Positions 10,759 to 17,801 of a stretch of DNA of 64,000 nucleotides are shown piece by piece; positions within the stretch are counted from its first letter, which is position 1; each line of letters begins with the position of its first letter. The DNA lies in NCBI GenBank assembly GCA_963833985.1, contig CAWIAD010000002.1, positions 4,448,001 to 4,512,000 of the forward strand, written 5' to 3'. The notes under the pieces are model-generated. The model ran no database searches, was not told the origin of the DNA, and saw only the letters and a list, made by a program, of their open reading frames with translations. Source of the DNA: an uncultured Planctomycetaceae bacterium (lineage in GTDB: Bacteria; Planctomycetota; Planctomycetia; Isosphaerales; Isosphaeraceae). The translations under genes were made by a program, and so were the position numbers.

Positions 10759-11690
10759 CAGCGTTGTACCAGACCGTGAGCCAGGTGCGGCAACGGCATT
10801 CCGACCACCGCGGCGCAGAGCGCGAAACCGCCGATGAGCACGAACAACGAGGCCGTCACCGCGGCCCTGGTCCCGCCCCAGCGCTTCACCAGCAACGGGA
10901 AGATGAGCCCGACAGGCACGATGAACGCCGGCAGCAAAATCCCGGGCCATGTGCTGTACGCCGGAACTGCCAGGCGGCCCAGCGAGATCGCCATGATTCC
11001 CAGCATGATCAGCTCCAGCACGATCGCCCACGTATCAAGCCGCTCCAGCCGCTCGATGACCGATTCGCGGACCTTCAGCCTGAGCAGGCGATCAAGAATC
11101 ACCATGGCGGCGATTCCGGTCGAGGCCGCCGACGCCAGAAAGAGTGCCCCCAGCCACGTGGTGTTCGACCAGACCGGCTGGTTGCTGGCCGTGAGCAGAA
11201 CGCCCGTGTACGAGCCCAGGAAGAAGGCTGCCAGCGACCCCCCCAGCGCGAATAGACGGCCCGTCCATCCGGTTCGCAGCCGCGCGGCCAGCGGGGAGAA
11301 CCTTCCCAGGCCCAGCCAGCCGTCCTCGGCCAGCACGCCCACGAACGAGGCGAAGCTGAACGCGCCGAAGGCCGACAGCCCCCACGAGCCCACCGACATC
11401 GGCGACCACCACTTGAACATCGGCCAGCCCGTGTTCGACTGGATCATCATGTGCCAGAAGCGTTCCGGTCGGCCCAGGTCCACCGTGAGCAAGAGACCGC
11501 ACACGCAGACCAGGGGGAACGCCATGTAATAGGCCACGCGCACGCCGGGGCGGTCGGTCTCGTCGCCGAACAGGTCAGCCAGCGCCGCCATCACGTAGGC
11601 ACCGGCGGCAATGCCGCCCAGGAAGAAGTACCAGATGATCAGGCCATGCCACTCCGGGTCCGCGACCCAGTGATCGAACTGGAGGTTCAT
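10758..11690 (-). CDS. nrfD: NrfD/PsrC-family membrane anchor subunit
   Basis: IIWYFFLGGIAAG, DLGRPERFWHM, SPMSVGSW, YTGVLL..PVW; ATGA overlap with the beta-subunit stop. Confidence 0.9.
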   Translation of the reverse strand: MNLQFDHWVADPEWHGLIIWYFFLGGIAAGAYVMAALADLFGDETDRPGVRVAYYMAFPLVCVCGLLLTVDLGRPERFWHMMIQSNTGWPMFKWWSPMSVGSWGLSAFGAFSFASFVGVLAEDGWLGLGRFSPLAARLRTGWTGRLFALGGSLAAFFLGSYTGVLLTASNQPVWSNTTWLGALFLASAASTGIAAMVILDRLLRLKVRESVIERLERLDTWAIVLELIMLGIMAISLGRLAVPAYSTWPGILLPAFIVPVGLIFPLLVKRWGGTRAAVTASLFVLIGGFALCAAVVGMPLPHLAHGLVQR

Positions 11691-12504
11691 CCGCGCCCGT
11701 CCTTCCGCCCTTCCGCACCGGCAACCTGCGCCCTCCTGCGGCCAAAGGAAACAAGCGCTCCAAGGCCGATGACCAGCGACGCGGCAATGGCCTTGAGGGA
11801 CGAGGGCCAGACCGACCGGCTGGGCACCTGTGCCGCCACCGAGGACGGCAAACCGTAGGTCTCCGGCGGGTCCATCAGCAGGTAAAAGGCGTTCAATCCA
11901 CCCAGGATCTTCGTGTCCGCTCCGTACAGATAGGCGTCGCTGGAACCCTGGGAATGCAACTGATCCACGCGCTCCTGTGCCCGCTGCTTCAGCTCGGCGA
12001 TCGGCCCGAACTGGATCGACCGCGTGGGACACGCCTGGCGCAGGCGGGCACCAGTCCGTTTTGCAGCCGGTCATAGCAGAACGTGCACTTCTGCGCAATG
12101 TGCTTCTCCGCGCTGACGTGAATCACGCCGAACGGGCAAGCCGTGATGCAGTCGCGGCAGCCGTTGCAGACCGGCTCCTGGATGTACACGGTGTCATACT
12201 CGGTGCGGACGATCGACCCGGTCGGGCAAACTTCCAGGCAGGGCGCATGGACACAGTGCTTGCACACGTCGGACATCATCAGCCACCGCGCCTGGGTCCG
12301 ATCGGCGCTGAACTGCTCCACGAATTTGACGTGCCGCCAGTCGACATCCGACAGCGCCACCGTGTTGTCGTAGCTCAGGCCGGAGAGCGGCACGTGCCCG
12401 CCGTTCCGCGCCGGCAGGGCGTTCCACTGATGGCACGCCACCTCGCACGCCTTGCAGCCAATGCAGACGGTCGTGTCGGTGTAGAAGCCGACCGGCTCGG
12501 GCAT
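11687..12504 (-). CDS. fdnH: Formate dehydrogenase beta (4Fe-4S) subunit, 1-nt frameshift near 12038
   Basis: CIGCKACEVAC, CKHCVHAPCLEVCP, CNGCRDCITACP, KCTFCYDR..PACA; adding one C restores QACPTRSIQFG and joins ORF 11687-11968. Confidence 0.85.
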
Positions 12505-12800
12505 GCTTCCGCCTCCTCTCGGCACGGAACCGGGAACACCGAAGCTTCAAGAGCGCTCACGCAATTCCCGGCTTGATGACCTCAGACCAGGGCAAGTCAT
12601 TCTACCGGATCCGGTCCAGGGTGCGGACCACACTCTCCTCGAAAGGCACCCGACGAACCGCTCCGGTTGCCGGCCCGGGCCATGGACGGATCTGTCCGCG
12701 GCGGATGCTCAGGACGATGACCCTCGACCCCCAGCCTCAGTTTACGATGAAATGGTAAGGCATCGTCCCAGAACGCCCGTGGCGAACCAAGCGTAAACCC

Positions 12801-12876
12801 GTAGGGTGGGTCAGCGCAGCGCAACCCACTGGCTGGCTGTAATATGGTTCAGCGCAGCGCAACCCACCGGCTGGCT
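12801..12876 (+). repeat. GTAG-type REP palindrome plus a tandem partial copy
   Basis: GTAGGGTGGGTCAGCGCAGCGCAACCCAC at 12801; TCAGCGCAGCGCAACCCACnGGCTGGCTG repeated at ~12849. Confidence 0.7.
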
Positions 12877-12905
12877 GGTCCAACAGATCCCTGCGGCCCA
12901 CTTTC

Positions 12906-14153
12906 TTACGCCAGGTTTCCGGACCGGGCGCCTCGTTCCCCATTCACGGGCCGGCTGGTTGTCGGGTTCGTCTTGTTCTGCAACAGGGCGCCGGGGTTGA
13001 TCCCGGCTGTGGGCGGGCCGCCGATCCAGAAGTCGAGCACCGGAGAGGAATGGTCCCCGAGCGCCAGAGCCGAGACGGCGGGCTCGCGGTGCACCGGCGA
13101 CGGAGCTGAAGCCGTGGACGGAGCCGCAGGGATGGGCCCCGAGCGTGGCACGGCGGGCGGGTCGGGCTCGGATCGCGGGACGGGCTCAGCCGGGTCGCCG
13201 CGTTCGGAACAGCGGACCATGGGGAGATCGCGCTCCTTCCGCAGCCGCTCCAGCTTGGTCCAGGCCGAGCGGAAGAGCCGATCGGCCGCCATTTCATAGC
13301 GGTGCAGCCGCGTCCCTTCGGGACCCAGGTCGATCTCCACTCCCGAGCGCCAGTCCTGCAACTGCGGCTGCTCGACCCCCTCCCACACCTCTTCATGCCG
13401 GCCTTCGAGCGCGGCCACTTCTTCCTCGATCATCTGCCGCAACCCGACCACACCGTCGTCCGAGCCCGTCCGGGCCTGCACGCGCAGCGCTTTCAGCCGG
13501 GCGGTCTGATGATCCAGGTGCCGCAGCTCCGCCGGCACCCCCAGCAGGTCCAGCGCCAGGGCCAGGTCGGCCTCGGTCCAGGTGCAGCCCGGCCCGCCCT
13601 CGTCGTCGCCGCTGAGCAGGCCGTTGCCCAGCAGCGTCCAGCGGCCGATGAGCCAGTCGCAGCCGGCCGAGCTGCGCATCAGGCGGAGCACGGTTCCCTC
13701 GGGATCGTCGCTCAGCTTGCGGCCGAGCTCGGCAGCCGCAAGCTGCTCATCCTGCTCCCAGTTGGCGAACCGGGCGGCATTCCTGCGGGCATCATGCCGG
13801 ATGATCCGCACGGCCAGCACCTCGCTCCTCCAGGCCCCCAGCGCCATCTGGCGCACCAGCTCGCGTTCGACCGTGTTGCGGGGCTTGAAAACGCGGGCAT
13901 ATTCGGCCGCGCGGCGTTCGACCTCCGCGGCCCCGTCCGGCGGCAGGACGATCCCCGCGCCGGTGAGCCCCTCCTTGCAGCCATTGCGCCGGCTGCGTTC
14001 CTTCCCCTGGTCCGAGGTCGGCCCACGCGACAGCCGCCCATTGGCCCGGCTGGCCTCGGCCCGTGCGGTGCTGGGACCAGGACAAATCGTCGTGGCGGCA
14101 GTGGCAGTGGCAGTGGAAGTGGAATCGAGCGGATCGGCGAGCGCGGCGAGCAT
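12906..14153 (-). CDS. Uncharacterised protein with an STGP-x-T-x-EGK-x-RS-x-x-NA-x-KHG-like N-terminal motif
   Basis: ASRANGRLSRGPTSDQGKERSRRNGCKEGLT; helical middle; Pro-rich tail ending QNKTNP; AAGGAG RBS. Confidence 0.8.
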   Translation of the reverse strand: MLAALADPLDSTSTATATAATTICPGPSTARAEASRANGRLSRGPTSDQGKERSRRNGCKEGLTGAGIVLPPDGAAEVERRAAEYARVFKPRNTVERELVRQMALGAWRSEVLAVRIIRHDARRNAARFANWEQDEQLAAAELGRKLSDDPEGTVLRLMRSSAGCDWLIGRWTLLGNGLLSGDDEGGPGCTWTEADLALALDLLGVPAELRHLDHQTARLKALRVQARTGSDDGVVGLRQMIEEEVAALEGRHEEVWEGVEQPQLQDWRSGVEIDLGPEGTRLHRYEMAADRLFRSAWTKLERLRKERDLPMVRCSERGDPAEPVPRSEPDPPAVPRSGPIPAAPSTASAPSPVHREPAVSALALGDHSSPVLDFWIGGPPTAGINPGALLQNKTNPTTSRPVNGERGARSGNLA

Positions 14154-14245
14154 CGGCGGCTCCTTGTCGAGGTGGAAGGGTTGTGGTGCCCCGGGGCTCG
14201 CTCCCCGCCCCGATTGATACGCCGGCCTCGTCGCCGGATTAAGCT

Positions 14246-14273
14246 ATTTTAAGCGATCAATTAGGAAAGTCAA
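14246..14273 (-). promoter_or_regulatory. Near-consensus sigma70 promoter of the 12906-14153 gene
   Basis: Minus strand TTGACT-16 nt-TAAAAT in an AT-rich patch ~90 nt upstream of ATG. Confidence 0.65.
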
Positions 14274-14335
14274 ATGGCGCTCGCTGAGCATATGGTTTGA
14301 TCCAAAGTTTGAAACCACGTCGCCGCGGCCGAAAA

Positions 14336-15006
14336 GCGCGGTTCGGACGGGGGAACCCTCCAACCTCGCCCGTCAGGGCGACCCGGTTCACGTGCAGGTC
14401 GGGCTCGCGCCCGAGGTTGGCGGCTGCGCCTGTCCGAACCACGGCCTGACGACCGTGGTCACGGTTTCCCGACTTCCGTGCTGTCTGGAACCGAGTGGTC
14501 CCAGCCGAGAAGCGCGGTCACCACGTCCCTCAGTCCGCTGAGCACGGCTTGACGACCGTGGTCACGGTGGCCGGACTACCGCGCTGCCTGGAACCGATTC
14601 GCCCCAGCAGAGAGGAGCCGTGAGCACGTCTGCCAGTCCGCTCACCACGTCCGTGCGATTGCGATGACCACGTCCGTGAGGGCGTGGTTCGGACGGGGGA
14701 ACCCTCCAACCTCGCCCGTGAGGGCGACCCGGTTCAAGTGCAGGTCGGGCTGACGCCCGAGGTTGGGGGCTGCGCCCGTCCGACCCACGGCCTGACGACC
14801 GTGGTCACCCTGGCCGGACTCCCGCGTCATCTGGAACGGGGTCGCCCCAGGCGAGAGGAGCGGTGACCCCGTCTGTCAGTCCGGTGACCATGTCCGTGAG
14901 GGCGTGGTTCGGACGGGGGAACCCCCAACCTCGCCCGTGAGGGCGATCCCGGCTGGCGGGTTGTCGCTGGCGGCTGGAACTGCCCACCGAGGCAGTGCTC
15001 CGCAAT
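14336..15006. repeat. Long-inverted-arm repeat array, block 1 (arms A1,B1,partial B,A2,B2,A3 plus tail)
   Basis: Arm A GTGACCACGTCCGTGAGGGCGTGGTTCGGACGGGGGAACCCTCCAACCTCGCCCGTGAGGGCGACC alternates with arm B, an imperfect reverse complement. Confidence 0.9.
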
Positions 15007-15319
15007 ACGTATCCTCCGCTTCTGCCCCAGTGCCTCAGCTTTCCCCTCCGGAGCGTCGTCGCTGCGCTCGACGCACGCGACGGTCTGACAGCGGTGGACA
15101 TCCTCATCGCAAACGAACTCTGGCCTCAGATGCAGGCGGTCTACCCGAAAACCGATATGATGTGGCCAGGCACGACAACAGCAGCGAACCGGGCATCACG
15201 AAAAGCGATCACGAGCAGGAAGGCCTTGCGAAAGCTATGGAAGGTGTCCCAGGAACTGGGTGTCACCGGAGTCTGCCGGCGGCACCACGCCAGGTTACCC
15301 TAGGCGAGAAGGGTGTGAC

Positions 15320-15889
15320 ATGAGCATGTCTCTAAAAAGACTGACCGTCGATCAGTACGAACAGATGGTCGCGAACGGAATCCTGCCCGAGACGAACCGC
15401 TTCGAGCTGATCGAAGGGAAGCTGGTGGAGAAGATGACGAAACGGCCAGCACATTCGGTCGTTGCCGGGCTCTGTATGGATGCAATCCAGGCGCTTCTCG
15501 CACCGGGCTGGCATATACGACCGGATCAACCGGTGCGCATCCCAAGCCAGCGCAGCGAGCCCGAGCCGGACATCGCGGTGGTGCGCGGCGAGCGAGCAAA
15601 GTATCTCGATCGTCACCCGGGCCCCGATGACGTCGCCCTGGTCGTGGAGATCGCACAGACCACGGCAGCCAAGGACCGGCGGCTGGCCCGAGTCTACGGC
15701 CCCGGCGGAATCCCTGTCTACTGGATCGTCAACCTTCCCAGGCGCCGGCTCGAAGTCTACGAAAACCCCGCTCATGGGCAATACCCGGCTCCCACGATTC
15801 TCGAAGAGGGAGAGTCTGTCGATCTGACCATCGGGGGTCGAGTTCTCGGCCAGATCGCCGTGGCCGACCTTCTGCCGAGGCGCCCATGA
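15320..15889 (+). CDS. Uma2 family (PD-(D/E)XK-like) endonuclease
   Basis: LTVDQYEQM, FELIEG, SEPEPDIAVV, LVVEIA, YGPGGIPVYWIVNL. Confidence 0.92.
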   Translation: MSMSLKRLTVDQYEQMVANGILPETNRFELIEGKLVEKMTKRPAHSVVAGLCMDAIQALLAPGWHIRPDQPVRIPSQRSEPEPDIAVVRGERAKYLDRHPGPDDVALVVEIAQTTAAKDRRLARVYGPGGIPVYWIVNLPRRRLEVYENPAHGQYPAPTILEEGESVDLTIGGRVLGQIAVADLLPRRP

Positions 15890-16057
15890 CGGCCGTTCTC
15901 TTGCACCACATCGTAGCGCTGTTGAAAGGACAGTATTGGGGGCCTCCCACATTTCGCGATCTCGGTGCGTGCATGGCCCCGTCTGTGGGCTGAAATCCGA
16001 TGTGTGTGGCCCCGCCTGATCGGGCCCCTTCTGATACGCCAACGCCGTGGTGGTGCT

Positions 16058-16299
16058 GATCGGGCTCACGCCCGAGGTTGGCGGCTGCGCCCGTCCGAAC
16101 CACGGCCTGACGACCGTGGTCACGGTTTCCCGACTTCTGTGCTGCCTCGAAATGAGCCGACCGAGCCGAAAGCGCGGTGACCACGTCCGTAAGGGCGTGG
16201 TTCGGACGGGGGAACCCCCCAACCTCGCCCGTGAGGGCGACCCGATCGGTGGCTCGTCGCTGGCGGCTGGAACTGCCCACCGGAGCAGTGCTCCGCAAT
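16058..16299. repeat. Long-inverted-arm repeat, block 2 (B3, 53-nt loop, A4, tail)
   Basis: B 16058-16123, A 16177-16242; tail GTCGCTGGCGGCTGGAACTGCCCACCG..GCAGTGCTCCGCAAT shared with 14963-15006. Confidence 0.9.
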
Positions 16300-16426
16300 G
16301 GGTGACCGCTTCTGTCTGTCCGCGGATCAGGATCGGAGTCGCGCGGCCGTCGGGATCTCGAACCGGCATGTTGTCGGATCGGTGTACAATAGGGGTGATC
16401 GCCCGAGTCGAAGGGAGCACGCCGCG

Positions 16427-16795
16427 ATGACGACCGTTGATTTTGAGCCGCTGACCGTCACGGTTCCCCTGCGCGAGGAGCCGCCGGGCGTTTTTCGCGT
16501 CGGTCAGAGCCGGGTCTTGCTGGAACTGGTCATTGACGCCTTCAAGAGTGGCGCGACGCCCGAAGCGATCGTGCAGTCCTACGACACCCTCGACCTCGCG
16601 GACGTCTACGCAGTGGTCACTCGATACCTCAGGGATCCAGCTCCGTTCGAGGACTACTTGAAGAAATGCGACGAAGCAGCCAGTGAAACGCGCCAGAAGA
16701 TCGAAGCGTTCCAGGGTCCCGAGGGGAACCTCCGCGCGCTGTTGATGGCACGAGCCAGGGCGAAGGGGCTGCTCGGTGATCAAGCTCGCCAGTGA
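16427..16795 (+). CDS. DUF433 protein (VapB45-like antitoxin)
   Basis: RVGQSRVLLELVIDAFKSGATPEAIVQSYDTLDLADVYAVVTRYL. Confidence 0.88.
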   Translation: MTTVDFEPLTVTVPLREEPPGVFRVGQSRVLLELVIDAFKSGATPEAIVQSYDTLDLADVYAVVTRYLRDPAPFEDYLKKCDEAASETRQKIEAFQGPEGNLRALLMARARAKGLLGDQARQ

Positions 16796-17126
16796 CGAGA
16801 ACTTCGACGGGGACATTGTCCGCGGACTGCTGCGCCGGATGCCTGAGCTGGATATCGTCCGCGTTCAGGACGCTGGTCTGGCGGGATCAGCAGATCTGGT
16901 CATCCTGGAGTGGGCGGCGAGTGAGGATCGAATTCTGCTGACTCATGATCGCCAGACCATGCCAGGTTTCGCCTACGACCTGGTCATCGCGGGCCGTCCA
17001 ATGCCCGGCCTCTTTCTGGTGAGCGACCGCATGACCAAGGGTCGAGCCATCGAGGAGCTGTTCTGGGCCGTGCACTGCTTCGTGGAAGAGGATTATCGTG
17101 ACCAGATCAAGTTCTTCCAGCACTGA
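16776..17126 (+). CDS. DUF5615 PIN-like toxin (VapC45-like)
   Basis: LASDENF, GLAGSADLVILEWAASEDRILLTHD; overlaps the DUF433 gene. Confidence 0.88.
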   Translation: MIKLASDENFDGDIVRGLLRRMPELDIVRVQDAGLAGSADLVILEWAASEDRILLTHDRQTMPGFAYDLVIAGRPMPGLFLVSDRMTKGRAIEELFWAVHCFVEEDYRDQIKFFQH

Positions 17127-17376
17127 CGGCGCTCCAGAGAAGGCCTGGGATCTGCTGTGCGGGCCTTCAGAGCGGGTCCGCTGAGCAGGCCATACAATCG
17201 CGCCAGGCGCTTCTGCAATCGTGGGCGGCTCTTTCCCGCTCAGAGCCGAATCGCTGCACGCGCAAGAGAAGGCGCACACGTTGAGGACAACAGTCGAGGA
17301 CTCGCCTGGAGCGGTGTCGCGGGCTGCGCCCGTCTGCTCGACAGATGCAGAGTGGTCCAACTGCCGTGGAGATGCA

Positions 17377-17585
17377 GGTCGGGCTCACGCCCGAAGTTGG
17401 CGGCTGCGCCCGTCCGAACCACGGCCTGAAGACCGTGGTCACGGTGGCCGGACTCCCCGGCCGTCTGGAACGGATTCGCCCCAGCCGTGAAACGTGGTCA
17501 CCACGTCAGTGCGATTGCGGTGACCACGTCCGTCAGGGCGTGGTTCGGACGGGGGAACCCTCCAACTTCGCCCGTGAGGGCGACC
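17377..17585. repeat. Long-inverted-arm repeat, block 3 (B4, 54-nt loop, 23-nt subunit, A5)
   Basis: B 17377-17442, A 17520-17585; same arm and loop sequences as blocks 1-2. Confidence 0.9.
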
Positions 17586-17801
17586 CGGCCGGTGGACTGA
17601 TCTCTGATCCTTTTGCCCTTCGTGCCCTTGGTGGTCCGGTTCCGGCCGATGCTGGCCGTTACCGCGGAGATACCCACGGTCTCTCACTGTTCTTGAGGCG
17701 CCCGGTGCAGGGCCACCGACCTTGCATGGCAAGGCCACAGCCAAACAGGACCGCGTGCTTCCCGGCCGGGGCCTCGCCCGGCTCTGCACGGTGAGCCGGT
17801 G

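Noticed and set aside
12690..12790. Possible RelE/ParE toxin remnant (MPYHFIVN*..VIVLSIRRG) on the minus strand
   Set aside because: Too short and interrupted to support without a search.
14995..15303. 102-aa ORF upstream of Uma2 as an extra cassette gene
   Set aside because: No RBS or recognisable domain and it starts inside the repeat tail; may be a gene remnant.
14336..17585. CRISPR array or classical integron attC sites
   Set aside because: Repeats alternate in orientation and have conserved loops rather than unique spacers; no cas or intI gene and no RYYYAAC/GTTRRRY ends.
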